Assembly: GCA_030527115.1 (NCBI GenBank) | Contig: JAUNBM010000003.1 | Coordinates: 5,837-69,836, forward strand | Length of the DNA stretch: 64,000 nucleotides | DNA from: Clostridia bacterium | Lineage (GTDB): Bacteria > Bacillota > Clostridia > Christensenellales > CAG-138 | Direction: 5' to 3' | Shown: one piece after another, positions 27,083 to 38,053 of the stretch | How positions within the stretch are numbered: position 1 is the first letter of the stretch | Layout of the letters: each line of letters begins with the position of its first letter | The notes under the pieces: generated by a model | Told to the model about the DNA's origin: nothing | What the model saw: only the letters and a program-made list of their open reading frames with translations | Database searches by the model: none | Translations under genes and position numbers: made by a program

Positions 27083-28023
27083 TCAATCTCTCCCATAGCG
27101 GTAACGGTTTCCAAAAACAGCAGAACGTCTCCGAAAACCTCGTCCCTGTTCAATTCGTTAAGCATTTCATGCCTGCCGTTTTCATAGAGCTTACAGCACA
27201 CCTCGTGCCCGCTCGCTTCGAGCCGGTTCTTAACCTGCAAAACGCCCTTTCCAAATGAGCCGACGGGGTCGTGATCGCCGGCGATAAGCAGGATGGGCTT
27301 CTTCGGAACGGCCTTTGCCCAGCCCTTGTCCGAAACTTCAATCAGCCCGTCGAGCATATCCCGCATTCCGCAGGCAGTAAACGGGAAGCCGCACTTTTCA
27401 TCGGCTTCATAGCGCGATACTATCGCCTCGTCCCGCGTCAGCCAGTCGTTTGGGGTTTTGGCGTTTTTAAACTTCTTGTTATAGCCGCCGACGCTCATCT
27501 TGTGGAGCGACAGGCTCGGTTGCCGTCCCAGCCCCTTCTTTATCTCGCGGTTGGCAAGGAATCTTCCAAGTTTGGCGACGGGATTCTTTCCGGCGGTTCC
27601 CGAAAAAACATAGGCCTCAAAGTCGCCGGGGAAGCGGGCAGAGTAGCTTCGCGCCATAAAGGAGCCCATGGAGTGCCCAAACAGGATGAACGCCGTGGCG
27701 GGATAGTCCGCCTTCATGCGATTATACAGGGTTCTCATGTCCAAGATCAGGTTTCTCCAGCCGTTTTCGTCGCCAAAGAAGCCCAAAGGCATATCCTTTC
27801 CTATGCTCTTGCCGTGCCCGGGATTGTCCATGCCGTAGACTAAAAAACCCTCGCCTGCCAGATATCTCGCGAACTCATCGTATCTGTCGATATGCTCGGC
27901 CATGCCGTGCGTGAGTTGCACCGCGCCGCGAACCTCCGCAGGTTGCCAGACGCGGTATCTGCAATCGCAAAGACCCGTAGCCGAGGGAAATCTTTTTTCG
28001 CGAAGAACAAGCTCCATCGCCAA
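27079..28023 (-). CDS. alpha/beta hydrolase (lysophospholipase/monoacylglycerol lipase-like)
   Basis: HGMAEH, GHSMGS nucleophile elbow, C-terminal GRHEML. ATGA overlap with the downstream NagB-like gene. Confidence 0.8.
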   Translation of the reverse strand: MAMELVLREKRFPSATGLCDCRYRVWQPAEVRGAVQLTHGMAEHIDRYDEFARYLAGEGFLVYGMDNPGHGKSIGKDMPLGFFGDENGWRNLILDMRTLYNRMKADYPATAFILFGHSMGSFMARSYSARFPGDFEAYVFSGTAGKNPVAKLGRFLANREIKKGLGRQPSLSLHKMSVGGYNKKFKNAKTPNDWLTRDEAIVSRYEADEKCGFPFTACGMRDMLDGLIEVSDKGWAKAVPKKPILLIAGDHDPVGSFGKGVLQVKNRLEASGHEVCCKLYENGRHEMLNELNRDEVFGDVLLFLETVTAMGEIE

Positions 28024-28160
28024 ACCATCCTATTTGTATGTTTTGCTAATGTTAACACATTCTTCAAAAAATAGCAAGCCCTGAGCGGAATAGGGCGTGG
28101 ATTGCAAAGGAGAGGGGGAAAAACGGGAATTTTTCTAAAAAACGGCGCATTTTTTGCTCA

Positions 28161-28216
28161 TTTTACCGCGATTTAACATAAGCTTGCTTTTTCATTTTAC
28201 CTTGGAAGTTTATCAT
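28161..28216 (+). promoter_or_regulatory. putative PhoP (Pho-box) binding repeats and -10 element of the pst operon
   Basis: Four direct hexamers start at 28161, 28172, 28184 and 28195 (TTTTAC, TTTAAC, TTGCTT, TTTTAC), giving 11-12 bp spacing. One contains TTAACA exactly. TATCAT at 28211-28216 is a possible -10. Confidence 0.45.
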
Positions 28217-28268
28217 GGGAAATGAAGGAATAATAGTACAAAGAGGAAAGAAAAGAGGAGAAAAAACG

Positions 28269-29069
28269 ATGAAAAAAATGCTGATAATTGCAGTCATGGC
28301 AATCCTGTCGCTGTCGCTGGCAACGGGCTGTTCAAAGGGAGGTTCGGTATCCACGGACGGATCCACCTCGATGGAGAAGGTTATAGGCTCGCTTGCGGAG
28401 GCCTATATGCTGGCAAACGACAGCGTGAGCGTCACCTATAATCCGACCGGTTCGGGAAGCGGAATCACCGCAGTAGCCGAGGGCCGCTGTGATATCGGGC
28501 TTTCGAGCCGGTATCTAAAGGCGGAGGAGGAAGCGAATGGACTTACCGCAACTATCCTTGCCTACGATGGGATTGCGATAATCGTCCATCCCGACAACCC
28601 GGTTGCGGCTCTGACGCTGGAGCAGATTGCGGCGGTATTCACGGGCGAAATCACCGACTGGAGTGAGCTTGGCGGCGAAAGCGGGAGCATAGTGCTTATA
28701 GGCAGGGAGGCAGGAAGCGGCACGCGCGACGGCTTTGAGAGCATCGTCGGCGTGGAGGAGCAATGCGCATATAGGCAGGAGCTGACCTCAACAGGCGACG
28801 TAATAACCACGGTCGCATCCAACCCGAACGCAATCGGATACGCCTCGCTGGCGGCTATCAAGGACAACGTAAAGATGATATCGGTGGACGGCGTTATTCC
28901 CAGTGAGGACGCGGTGAAGGACGGAAGCTATAAGGTACAGCGCCCGTTCCTGCTCGTAACCAAAGCGGGCTCCGAGCTAAGCGCGGACGCTCAGGCGTTC
29001 TTCGATTACATAACCTCCCCAAATGCCGCTGAGATAATTTCCGCCGCCGGCGCGGTTCCCGCTAACTGA
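28269..29069 (+). CDS. pstS: phosphate ABC transporter substrate-binding lipoprotein
   Basis: MKKMLIIAVMAILSLSLATGCS lipobox. GSTSM...YNPTGSGSG...REAGSGTR. Confidence 0.92.
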   Translation: MKKMLIIAVMAILSLSLATGCSKGGSVSTDGSTSMEKVIGSLAEAYMLANDSVSVTYNPTGSGSGITAVAEGRCDIGLSSRYLKAEEEANGLTATILAYDGIAIIVHPDNPVAALTLEQIAAVFTGEITDWSELGGESGSIVLIGREAGSGTRDGFESIVGVEEQCAYRQELTSTGDVITTVASNPNAIGYASLAAIKDNVKMISVDGVIPSEDAVKDGSYKVQRPFLLVTKAGSELSADAQAFFDYITSPNAAEIISAAGAVPAN

Positions 29070-29074
29070 AGCAT

Positions 29075-29977
29075 ATGAAGCGTTCGGATAAAAAGAGGAA
29101 TATCCGCGGCAGGAAGAACAAACGCCTTGAAAGAGCGATTCACGGCGTTTTCCTGCTGCTCGGACTCGTGACGGTGGGCTGTGTTCTGCTGATATCCGTG
29201 TATCTGATAATATCGGGCATCCCCGCGATTCGTGAGATAGGGCTCATAGACTTCCTGTTCGGAAAAACATGGGCTTCGACGGCGGAAGACCCGCAATTTG
29301 GAATACTGCCGTTCATTCTCACGAGCGTGTACGGGACGGCGGGCGCGATATTGATTGGAGTTCCCATAGGCTTTTTCACCGCAGTATACCTTGCCAAGGT
29401 TGCGCCGGCGCGGATAAAGAGCGTGGCGTCGTCGGCTGTAAGCCTGTTAGCGGGCATCCCTTCGGTGGTTTACGGGCTGGTTGGAATGCTCGTGCTGGTT
29501 CCCGCCATCCGCAACATCTTTAACGTTGCGGACGGGGCGAGCCTGCTCGCCGCGATAGTGGTGCTTTCGGTCATGATTCTCCCGTCGATTATAAAGGTCT
29601 CGCTCACGGCGCTCGAGGCGGTTCCAAAGGAGTATGAGGAGGCTTCGCTGGCGCTGGGCGCAACTCCGGTTGAAACCTACTTCCGCGTTTCGGTGCCGGC
29701 GGCAAGGAGCGGAATAGCCGCCTCGGTGGTGCTGGGAGTTGGCAGGGCGATAGGCGAGGCTATGGCGGTGATGATGGTTTCGGGAAACGTGGCGAATATG
29801 CCGTCCCTTTTCCAGAGCGTCCGCTTTTTAACCACGGCGGTGGCGGGGGAGATGTCGTATGCGGCGGAGGGCTTACAGCGGCAGGCGCTGTTTTCGATAG
29901 CGCTCGTGTTGTTTTTGTTCATCATGCTCATCAACGCCGCGCTGAATTTTTTGCTGAAGCGCAAAAAGGAGGGCTGA
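29075..29977 (+). CDS. pstC: phosphate ABC transporter permease PstC
   Basis: Multi-TM protein with an EAS-LGAT permease loop (YEEASLALGATPVETYF). Confidence 0.92.
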   Translation: MKRSDKKRNIRGRKNKRLERAIHGVFLLLGLVTVGCVLLISVYLIISGIPAIREIGLIDFLFGKTWASTAEDPQFGILPFILTSVYGTAGAILIGVPIGFFTAVYLAKVAPARIKSVASSAVSLLAGIPSVVYGLVGMLVLVPAIRNIFNVADGASLLAAIVVLSVMILPSIIKVSLTALEAVPKEYEEASLALGATPVETYFRVSVPAARSGIAASVVLGVGRAIGEAMAVMMVSGNVANMPSLFQSVRFLTTAVAGEMSYAAEGLQRQALFSIALVLFLFIMLINAALNFLLKRKKEG

Positions 29978-29978
29978 T

Positions 29979-30842
29979 ATGCTGACGAAGAACGCATCCA
30001 AGCGAAGAACGGCGTATGGCTTAATTATGAAGACGCTCATGCTTGCGGCTACAACGGTCACCTGCGCCCTCGTATTGTTCCTTATCGGCTATGTGCTTGT
30101 TCGCGGCATTCCGAATATCAGTTGGAAGCTTTTGAGTACCTCGCCGAGCTATTTAAACGACTCCATCGGAATCCTTCCCGACCTGCTGAACACCCTCTAT
30201 ATCGTAATTGCCACGCTGGTCATAGTGCTTCCGCTCGGGGTGGGCGCGGCGATATACCTTAACGAGTATTGCAAAAGCAAGCGCCTTGTAAGCGCGATAG
30301 AATTCGCCTCGGAGACGCTTTCGGGCATACCGTCGATAATCTACGGACTGGTGGGAATGCTGTTCTTTTGCCAGTTTTGCGGCCTTCAAACCTCGTTGCT
30401 TGCGGGTTCGCTCACGCTGGTTATAATGAACCTGCCCACGGTGATGAGGACGACGCAGGAGAGCTTAAAAACCGTTCCGAACGGATACCGCGAGGGCGCT
30501 TTTGGACTGGGCGCGGGCAAGTGGCGCGTGATTCGCACCGTCGTATTGCCTAACAGCGTGGACGGCATAATAACCGGCTGTATCCTCTCCGTGGGGCGAA
30601 TACTCGGAGAATCGGCGGCGCTTCTGTTCACGGCGGGGTTTGCGCATACGCTGAACGGCTTTATCGAGGGGCTGTCGCGTTCGGGGGCGAGCCTGACGGT
30701 TGCGCTTTACGTCTATGCCAAGGAACAGGGCGAATTTGAGGTCGCCTTTGCCATAGCCGCCATACTTATGATACTTACTCTGCTTATCAACGCTTCGGCG
30801 TCGTGGATCGGAGGCTACTTTAAACGAAGGAGGACAAGATGA
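29979..30842 (+). CDS. pstA: phosphate ABC transporter permease PstA
   Basis: [22 protein letters not shown] permease loop. Confidence 0.92.
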   Translation: MLTKNASKRRTAYGLIMKTLMLAATTVTCALVLFLIGYVLVRGIPNISWKLLSTSPSYLNDSIGILPDLLNTLYIVIATLVIVLPLGVGAAIYLNEYCKSKRLVSAIEFASETLSGIPSIIYGLVGMLFFCQFCGLQTSLLAGSLTLVIMNLPTVMRTTQESLKTVPNGYREGAFGLGAGKWRVIRTVVLPNSVDGIITGCILSVGRILGESAALLFTAGFAHTLNGFIEGLSRSGASLTVALYVYAKEQGEFEVAFAIAAILMILTLLINASASWIGGYFKRRRTR

Positions 30843-31594
30843 ACCCAATTATCACAACTAAAAACCTATGCCTTTGGTACGGCTCAACGCAGGCGCTGAA
30901 GGACGTGGAGCTGAATATAGAGAAGAACCGCATAACGGCGCTTATCGGGCCGTCGGGCTGTGGAAAATCCACCTTCTTAAAGACGCTGAACCGCATGAAC
31001 GACCTGATAGCCGGGGTCAGAATCAGCGGCGAGGTTACATACAAGGGCGAGAACATCTACGGCGCGGGGGTGAACGTCAACGAACTGCGCAAGGAGGTGG
31101 GAATGGTGTTTCAAAAGCCCAATCCCTTCCCGATGAGCGTCTTTGACAACGTAGCCTATGGGCCCAAGACGCACGGGATAAGGAACAGCGCGAAGCTCAA
31201 CGATATCGTCGAGCGCGCGCTCAGGGACGCGGCAATCTGGGACGAGGTCAAGGACAGGCTGAAAAAACCGGCGCTGGGGCTATCGGGCGGACAACAACAG
31301 CGGCTGTGCATTGCGCGGGCGCTGGCGGTGGAACCGGAGGTGCTTTTGATGGATGAGCCGACGAGCGCCTTAGATCCGATTTCAACCTCGAAGATAGAGG
31401 ACCTTGCCGTCACGCTTAAAAGCAAGTATACTATAATCATCGTCACGCACAATATGCAGCAGGCGGTGAGGATATCGGACAGCACGGCGTTTTTCCTGCT
31501 CGGCGATCTGATAGAATACGGCGAGACCGAAAGGCTGTTCAGCGCACCCGTGGATAAGCGCACGGAGGATTATATCACAGGGAGGTTCGGATAA
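30839..31594 (+). CDS. pstB: phosphate ABC transporter ATP-binding protein
   Basis: [34 protein letters not shown]. Confidence 0.95.
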   Translation: MNPIITTKNLCLWYGSTQALKDVELNIEKNRITALIGPSGCGKSTFLKTLNRMNDLIAGVRISGEVTYKGENIYGAGVNVNELRKEVGMVFQKPNPFPMSVFDNVAYGPKTHGIRNSAKLNDIVERALRDAAIWDEVKDRLKKPALGLSGGQQQRLCIARALAVEPEVLLMDEPTSALDPISTSKIEDLAVTLKSKYTIIIVTHNMQQAVRISDSTAFFLLGDLIEYGETERLFSAPVDKRTEDYITGRFG

Positions 31595-32244
31595 TGAGAA
31601 ACAGGTTTGACGCGCAACTGGAGCAGTTAAACGTAGAGCTTATAGAGATGGGAGCGCGCTGTGAGGAGGTTATCTCGCTGGCGGCGAAAGCGCTTATCGA
31701 GGGCGACGCCGCAATCGCCGGCAGGGTTGGCCCCATCGACGCTGAGATCGACCGGATGGAGCGCGAGATAGAGAATCTTTGCCTGAGGCTTCTGCTTCAA
31801 CAGCAACCGGTTGCGAGGGATTTGAGGCAGATTTCGGCAGCGCTCAAGATGATAACCGACATGGAGCGCATAGGGGATCAGGCGGACGATATAGCGGAGA
31901 TAATCGGCTTTTTGAACGGTCATTCCGCGGCGGACTGCGCCTATATAGGCGAGATGGCAAACGAGACCAAGCGGATGGTGACCGGAAGCGTCGACGCCTA
32001 TGTAAAAAGGGATTTGGAGCTTGCGGTGCGGGTGATGGAACAGGACGATGTGGTGGATGCGCTGTTCCAAAGCGTAAAAGCATCGCTGATCGAGATGATA
32101 AGGGAGAAGCCGGAGGAGGGGGTTTACGCCCTCGACCTTTTGATGATAGCCAAGTATTTTGAGCGCATCGGGGATCACGCGGTGAACATCGCGGAATGGG
32201 TCGAGTTTTCGCTCACGGGAGTGCATAGGGGGGAAGAACAATGA
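31594..32244 (+). CDS. phoU: phosphate signalling regulator PhoU
   Basis: Two PhoU repeats (DLERIGDQADDIAE / YFERIGDHAVNIAE). Confidence 0.92.
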   Translation: MRNRFDAQLEQLNVELIEMGARCEEVISLAAKALIEGDAAIAGRVGPIDAEIDRMEREIENLCLRLLLQQQPVARDLRQISAALKMITDMERIGDQADDIAEIIGFLNGHSAADCAYIGEMANETKRMVTGSVDAYVKRDLELAVRVMEQDDVVDALFQSVKASLIEMIREKPEEGVYALDLLMIAKYFERIGDHAVNIAEWVEFSLTGVHRGEEQ

Positions 32245-32912
32245 TTTGGTGCGTGGAAGACGACGCCGGAATTTTGGATATCGAGGTCTACACCTTAAAA
32301 TCGACGGGATTCGAGGCGCGGGGGTTCAGGGACGCTTTTGCGATGCTGGAGCAATTGGAGACGGAAAAGCCCGATTTGATAATACTGGACATAATGTTGC
32401 CCGGCATGGACGGAACGAAGCTCCTTCAAGAACTGAAAGCGCGTCCCGATACCAGCGATATTCCCGTTATCATGGCTACCGCGAAGGGGCAGGAGTACGA
32501 CAAGGTGCAAAACCTCGACCTGGGCGCGGACGACTATCTCACCAAGCCGTTCGGAATGATGGAGATGGTATCGCGGGTGAAGGCGGTTTTGCGGCGTTGC
32601 GCAGGGCGCGGGCAGGACGTATTGCAGAGCGGCGGCGTCGTTCTCGATATAGACGCGCATACGGTTAAGGTGAATGGGGAAAGGGTCGAGCTGACCTTGA
32701 AGGAATTTGAACTTTTAAAGCTTCTGATGAGCCATGAGGGGACGGCTTTTACCCGCGAGCGCCTGCTTTTGGACGTCTGGGGGGACGACTATTTTGGAGA
32801 AACCCGGACGGTGGACGTACACATAAGAACTTTGCGCCGCAAGCTCAAGGAGGCGGGGGACTGCATCGAAACCGTGCGCGGGGTTGGCTACAGAATGGAG
32901 GCTAAGGCATGA
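32241..32912 (+). CDS. OmpR-family response regulator (PhoP/PhoB-like)
   Basis: DLIILDIMLPGMDG receiver domain and a winged-helix C-terminus (VDVHIRTLRRKL, RGVGYR). Confidence 0.9.
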   Translation: MIWCVEDDAGILDIEVYTLKSTGFEARGFRDAFAMLEQLETEKPDLIILDIMLPGMDGTKLLQELKARPDTSDIPVIMATAKGQEYDKVQNLDLGADDYLTKPFGMMEMVSRVKAVLRRCAGRGQDVLQSGGVVLDIDAHTVKVNGERVELTLKEFELLKLLMSHEGTAFTRERLLLDVWGDDYFGETRTVDVHIRTLRRKLKEAGDCIETVRGVGYRMEAKA

Positions 32913-34555
32913 CCAAACGTATTTTCCGATCCATAGTGCTGGTGGCGGCGGCGGTTTTGCTCTGCACCGTCATAATCATTATGAGCGCTTTCTACACATA
33001 TTTCAACCGAACCCAGCTCGACAGGCTTTCCGCCCAGACCGAGCTTGCGGCGCAAGGGGTCGAGCATGAGGGCGTGAGCTTCTTTGAGGGGCTTGAGCTG
33101 GAGGATTACCGGTTCACCCTGGTGGCGGCGGACGGCACGGTGCTTTATGACAGCCGCGCCGACATAGCGGAGATGGAAAACCATCTCGACAGGGAGGAGA
33201 TCAGGGAAGCCCTGCAAACGGGAGTTGGGGAGAGCGGACGCACCTCCGACACGCTTGCCCAGCGGACGCTGTACAGCGCGAGACGGCTGTCCGACGGAAG
33301 CGTTATTCGCGTCTCGATAACTCAGCATACCATACTAACCCTGACTTTGGGCATGGTTCAGCCGATGCTCATAGTGTTGCTCGTTGCCATAGTCCTATCG
33401 ATCTGGCTCGCCTTCCGCCTGTCGAAGCGGGTCATGGAGCCGATGAACAACCTAAACCTTGAAAAGCCGCTCGAAAACGACCTTTACTCCGAGCTTGCTC
33501 CGCTTCTCAACAGAATCGACCGCCAACAGCGCCGGATTGAGGCGCAAACCCGCGAGGTCGAGCGCCGACGCGAGGAGTTTGAGGCCATCACCTCCAGCAT
33601 GAGCGAGGGGCTGGTTTTGCTCAACGAAAGCGGAACCGTTTTGAGCCTTAACCCGGCGGCGGCGAAGCTGTTTTCAACCGATGAAAGCTGTATAGGCTCC
33701 AGCTTTTTAAAGATGGATCGAAGCATCGAACTGCAACACGCCTTTGAAAGGGCGCTGTCGGAGGGAAGCGGCGAGCTGACCCTCACGAGGAACGACCGCA
33801 AATATCGGATTGAGATGAACCGGATAGATACTGAAAAGGAGCTTTCCGGCGTGGTTCTGCTGTCGTTTGACGTCACCGACAAACAGCTTTTGGAAAGACA
33901 GCGCCGCGAATTTACCGCGAATGTGTCGCACGAGCTGAAAACTCCGTTGCAATCCATAATGGGAAGCGCGGAACTCGTGGAAAACGGACTTGTAAAGGAC
34001 GGGGATCTGCCGGCCTTCATGGGGCGCATCCGTGGCGAGGCGCAGAGGCTTGTCAGCCTCATCGACGACATAATCCGGCTCTCCCAGCTCGACGAGGGCG
34101 GCGAGCTTCCCATCGAAACCGCGGATATCTATTCGATTGCCGAGGAGGTGTTGCAGAGCCTGGCTCAGGCGGCGGGCAAGCGCAATATCGACCTGCGCCT
34201 CGACGGCGAGAGCTGTAAGGTTTCGGGGGTTCGGAGACTGCTGTATGAGATAGTCTACAACCTCGTCGATAACGCTATCCGCTATAACAGGGAGGGCGGA
34301 AGCGTTGCCGTAAGCGTGCAAAACGAGGGGAGCAATGCCGTGCTTCGGGTGAGCGATACCGGGGTCGGCATCCCAAAAGACCAGCAGGAGCGGGTGTTCG
34401 AGCGGTTCTACCGGGTCGATAAGAGCCATTCCAAGGAGACGGGCGGAACCGGACTGGGGCTTTCGATAGTCAAGCACGCCGCACAGCTCCACCATGCAAA
34501 GGTTTCGCTTGAGAGCGCGGAAAACTCGGGAACCATCGTAACCGTGACCTTTTGA
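32909..34555 (+). CDS. sensor histidine kinase (PhoR-like)
   Basis: Two TM helices, FTANVSHELKTPL (H-box), DNAIRYN (N-box), DTGVGIP and GGTGLGLSIV. Confidence 0.9.
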   Translation: MTKRIFRSIVLVAAAVLLCTVIIIMSAFYTYFNRTQLDRLSAQTELAAQGVEHEGVSFFEGLELEDYRFTLVAADGTVLYDSRADIAEMENHLDREEIREALQTGVGESGRTSDTLAQRTLYSARRLSDGSVIRVSITQHTILTLTLGMVQPMLIVLLVAIVLSIWLAFRLSKRVMEPMNNLNLEKPLENDLYSELAPLLNRIDRQQRRIEAQTREVERRREEFEAITSSMSEGLVLLNESGTVLSLNPAAAKLFSTDESCIGSSFLKMDRSIELQHAFERALSEGSGELTLTRNDRKYRIEMNRIDTEKELSGVVLLSFDVTDKQLLERQRREFTANVSHELKTPLQSIMGSAELVENGLVKDGDLPAFMGRIRGEAQRLVSLIDDIIRLSQLDEGGELPIETADIYSIAEEVLQSLAQAAGKRNIDLRLDGESCKVSGVRRLLYEIVYNLVDNAIRYNREGGSVAVSVQNEGSNAVLRVSDTGVGIPKDQQERVFERFYRVDKSHSKETGGTGLGLSIVKHAAQLHHAKVSLESAENSGTIVTVTF

Positions 34556-34556
34556 C

Positions 34557-34585
34557 TTGACGAACGTTCAGCTTTCCCGTAGAAT
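34557..34585 (+). promoter_or_regulatory. sigma-A-type promoter
   Basis: TTGACG, 17 nt, TAGAAT, 37 nt upstream of the SorC-family regulator gene. Confidence 0.55.
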
Positions 34586-34621
34586 AAGAAATAATGTTCA
34601 AAAAAAGGAGCGGGGACTGCA

Positions 34622-35563
34622 ATGGACGGGAAGCGGTTGGATTTGCTGGTTAGGGTTGCAAACTGGTATTATAGGGACAATCTGACTCAGCAGGAGATAG
34701 CGAAGCGGCTGTTCGTTTCGCGGCCCACGGTTTCGCGCCTGCTCCGTGCCTGCGCCGAGGAGGGCGTCGTCACGATAAGGATAAAGGACGCAACAACGAA
34801 GCGCGAAGCGCTCGCGGAGAGGCTTAGGGAGCGGTTTGGATTGAGACGGCTGATAATCGTCCCGAGCGACGAAAATTTGGAGGTAACCAAGGACAGGGTC
34901 GGTTCGGCGGCGGCGGAGCTTATGGCGGAGATTCTGCACAAGGATGAGCTTATCGGCATATCGTGGGGCACGACGGTCAACCGCCTGCTCTTTCACATGG
35001 AGGAACACGAGTATCCAAGGGCGAATGTAATCCAGATTTTAGGCGACACTCAAACGAACCGCGAATCCAACGCGACGCGGATGACGCTGTCGCTTGCGGA
35101 GGCGCTGGGCGGGGACGGCTATATAATGCAGGCGCCGATGCTGGTGGGTTCGTCCCTGCTCAAGGAGCTTTTGATGCAGGAGCCGCACATGATTAAGCTT
35201 GCCGGGCTGTACGACCAAATCAGGATTGCCATATTGGGCTTTGGCGGAATCTCCGCGCAAAACCACGTCTATCTTACGAATGGAAATAAGGTTAGGGAGC
35301 TGTATGAGGAGGTAAAAAAGCATGGCGCGGTTTGCGACCTGCTGGGCTCGTTTTTGAACGCCGAAGGCGAGCCGGTCTATACTCCGCTTCAAGAGCTTAC
35401 CTTCGCCATGCCGCTTGAGAAGCTTCGGGGCATAGAGCGGGTGATAGGCATGGCGGCAGGGGTGAAAAAGAGCCGCCAGCTCCTGTCGGCGCTTAAAGGC
35501 GGCTTTTTTGACACGCTGATTATCGACGAGGCGCTCGCCGAATCAATCCCGCCCGAGGCTTAA
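34622..35563 (+). CDS. SorC/DeoR-family sugar-binding transcriptional regulator (CggR-like)
   Basis: LLVRVANWYYRDNLTQQEIAKRLFVSRPTVSRLL HTH and a sugar-binding C-terminal domain. Confidence 0.85.
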   Translation: MDGKRLDLLVRVANWYYRDNLTQQEIAKRLFVSRPTVSRLLRACAEEGVVTIRIKDATTKREALAERLRERFGLRRLIIVPSDENLEVTKDRVGSAAAELMAEILHKDELIGISWGTTVNRLLFHMEEHEYPRANVIQILGDTQTNRESNATRMTLSLAEALGGDGYIMQAPMLVGSSLLKELLMQEPHMIKLAGLYDQIRIAILGFGGISAQNHVYLTNGNKVRELYEEVKKHGAVCDLLGSFLNAEGEPVYTPLQELTFAMPLEKLRGIERVIGMAAGVKKSRQLLSALKGGFFDTLIIDEALAESIPPEA

Positions 35564-36162
35564 AGCCCGAGCTTTTCGTTGACCAGAATCACATGGAATT
35601 CCTTGTGAATCCGCGTTGGATATTCGAGGATAGTCGTTACATTGCACATACGTCCCGCGCCCTTGCAGTCGGCGCAAACATTCGTAGCCGCGCAGGGAGT
35701 GGCTACTCCGAGCCTGCGCGCATTGGGCGGGCAGGCGTCCCGCTTGATGCGCTCTATTGCGCTGTCATAGTCCGCGCACAGCTTGTTTATTCCGGCAACT
35801 ACTATAACGCAGGGCGGGCCGAAGCACAGGGCGGCGACGCGGTTTCCCGTGCCGTCGATGTTGATAAGGCGGCCGTCCTCTAAGATGGCGTTGCTGGAGC
35901 AGATATAGACCTCTGCGTCGCGGGCGAGAAGCTGGGCCTCGTGCTTCCGTTCCTTGGGCTCCTTCCAATGCCAGAACAGGCTGTTGCCCCTTTTTTGGAG
36001 TTCGTCGTAGATCAAAAGATCGTTTACGGTTTTTGAGCCCCCGAAGCCAACGGAGCGGTTGCCGATTATCGCGAGGATTTTTTCCCTTGCTTCGACGGCG
36101 GTCTCCGTCCACGCGGGGATAAAATGTCTCTCGCCTAATGCCCTGATAATTTTTTCTTTCAT
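35560..36162 (-). CDS. LUD-domain (lactate-utilisation/YkgG-like) protein
   Basis: ATG 36162 follows GAGGTGAAG. MKEKIIRALGERHFIPAWTETAVEAREKIL...SSNAILEDGRLINIDGTGNRV. The track ORF (to 36420) runs through the lepA promoter into lepA. Confidence 0.7.
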   Translation of the reverse strand: MKEKIIRALGERHFIPAWTETAVEAREKILAIIGNRSVGFGGSKTVNDLLIYDELQKRGNSLFWHWKEPKERKHEAQLLARDAEVYICSSNAILEDGRLINIDGTGNRVAALCFGPPCVIVVAGINKLCADYDSAIERIKRDACPPNARRLGVATPCAATNVCADCKGAGRMCNVTTILEYPTRIHKEFHVILVNEKLGL

Positions 36163-36195
36163 TTTCTTCACCTCGGATAAATCATAGCATAGTTC

Positions 36196-36224
36196 TTGCT
36201 TTTTTGCCAGCATTAAGATATTAT
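36196..36224 (+). promoter_or_regulatory. promoter of lepA
   Basis: TTGCTT, 17 nt, TATTAT. Confidence 0.55.
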
Positions 36225-36247
36225 TAACTGAATATTTGGAGGCGTAA

Positions 36248-38053
36248 ATGGCATACGAACAGAACCTAATCAGAAATTTCTGCATTATAGCGCATATAGA
36301 CCACGGCAAGTCCACGCTTGCCGACCGCATGATGGAGCTTACCGAAACCGTATCCAAGCGGGATATGGAGGAACAGCTCCTCGACTCGATGGATATCGAG
36401 CGCGAGCGCGGAATAACCATAAAGGCGTCCGCGGTAAGGATGTTCTATCATCATACCGATGGAAAATGCTATATGTTCAACCTTATCGACACGCCGGGCC
36501 ATGTGGACTTCACATACGAGGTCAGCCGGGCGCTCGCCGCCTGCGAGGGCGCAGTTTTGGTTGTGGACGCAACGCAGGGGATAGAGGCGCAGACGCTCGC
36601 CAACGTTTACCTTGCGGTGGACAACGGGCTTGAGGTGTTGCCAGTAATCAACAAGGTCGATCTTCCGAGCGCGGAGGCTGACCGGGTAGCTGACGAGATT
36701 GAGGAGGTTATAGGCATTCCCGCCTTTGACGCGCCGAGGATATCCGCCAAGAACGGCGTGAACGTCGAGCAGGTTTTGGCAAGGATAGTGGACGCGGTTC
36801 CGCCGCCGAAAGGCGATGCGAAAGCGCCCTTGAAGGCGCTGATATTCGACTGCCTCTATGACAACTACAAGGGCGCGCTCTCCTATGTGCGGGTCTTTGA
36901 GGGGAGCGTCAGCGCCGGGATGCGCATTCGCTCGATGGCTACCGGAAATGAGTTTGAAGTGACCGAGGTCGGAGTGTTCACCCCTGCTTTCAAGCCCACG
37001 GAGAGTTTGGAGGCGGGCGAGGTGGGCTATATCGCCGCTTCCATCAAGAGCGTTGAGGAGACTAAGGTTGGCGACACGTTCACCGGAGCGGACAACCCCG
37101 CTTTACAGCCGCTATCCGGCTATAAGCAGGTCAATTCGATGGTTTTCTGCGGCATATATCCTGCGGACGGCGCGCATTACGATGACCTTCGGGAGGCGCT
37201 CGACAAGCTCAAGCTCAACGACGCTTCGCTCCGTTACGAGCAGGAGACTTCCGCGGCGCTGGGCTATGGGTTCCGTTGCGGATTCCTGGGGCTGTTGCAC
37301 ATGGAGATAATCTGCGAGCGGCTCGAACGCGAGTTCGATCTGGATTTGGTTACGACCTCGCCCTCGGTCAGCTACAAGGTTTTGACAACCGACGGGGAGG
37401 AGCTTACGATAGATAACCCCGCCAACCTGCCGCCGATCACGGAGATAGATTCGATGCGCGAGCCCATGGTGAAGGCCAGCGTCATGACTCCGGTCGAATA
37501 TATCGGCCCGATCATGGAGCTTTGCCAAAGCAATCGCGGCGAGTTTGTCAACATGGAGTATATGGACGCAACGAGGGTCAGCCTGCATTACATTCTCCCG
37601 CTTAACGAGATAATCTATGATTTTTTCGATTCTTTGAAATCCCGCAGCAGGGGCTACGCCTCCTTCGACTACGAGCTTTCCGACTATCAGAAGAGCGAGC
37701 TGGTTCGTCTCGATTTTCTGCTTAACGGGGAGATGTGCGACGCTTTGTCCACGATAGTGCATAAGGACAGGGCATATCCGAAGGGCAGGGCGGTGGCTGA
37801 AAAGCTGAAAGAGGTCATACCGCGCCAGCAGTTTGAGATTGCGGTTCAAGCGGCAATCGGCGGCAAGGTAATCGCCCGCGAAACGGTCAAGGCGGTGCGC
37901 AAGGACGTGCTTGCCAAGTGCTACGGCGGCGACATATCGAGAAAGAAGAAGTTGCTTGAAAAGCAAAAGGAGGGCAAAAAGCGCATGAGGCAGGTTGGCT
38001 CCGTTTCGGTGCCGAGCGACGCTTTTATGAGCGTTTTGAGGATCAACGGATGA
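36248..38053 (+). CDS. lepA: translation elongation factor 4
   Basis: [33 protein letters not shown]. 601 aa. Confidence 0.96.
   Translation: MAYEQNLIRNFCIIAHIDHGKSTLADRMMELTETVSKRDMEEQLLDSMDIERERGITIKASAVRMFYHHTDGKCYMFNLIDTPGHVDFTYEVSRALAACEGAVLVVDATQGIEAQTLANVYLAVDNGLEVLPVINKVDLPSAEADRVADEIEEVIGIPAFDAPRISAKNGVNVEQVLARIVDAVPPPKGDAKAPLKALIFDCLYDNYKGALSYVRVFEGSVSAGMRIRSMATGNEFEVTEVGVFTPAFKPTESLEAGEVGYIAASIKSVEETKVGDTFTGADNPALQPLSGYKQVNSMVFCGIYPADGAHYDDLREALDKLKLNDASLRYEQETSAALGYGFRCGFLGLLHMEIICERLEREFDLDLVTTSPSVSYKVLTTDGEELTIDNPANLPPITEIDSMREPMVKASVMTPVEYIGPIMELCQSNRGEFVNMEYMDATRVSLHYILPLNEIIYDFFDSLKSRSRGYASFDYELSDYQKSELVRLDFLLNGEMCDALSTIVHKDRAYPKGRAVAEKLKEVIPRQQFEIAVQAAIGGKVIARETVKAVRKDVLAKCYGGDISRKKKLLEKQKEGKKRMRQVGSVSVPSDAFMSVLRING

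Noticed and set aside
35560-36420. A 286-aa version of the LUD-domain ORF that extends across the lepA promoter into lepA.
   Set aside because: Homology starts at MKEKIIRALG (ATG 36162), which has a GAGGTGAAG RBS. The upstream 86 codons overlap the lepA start and promoter and look non-coding.
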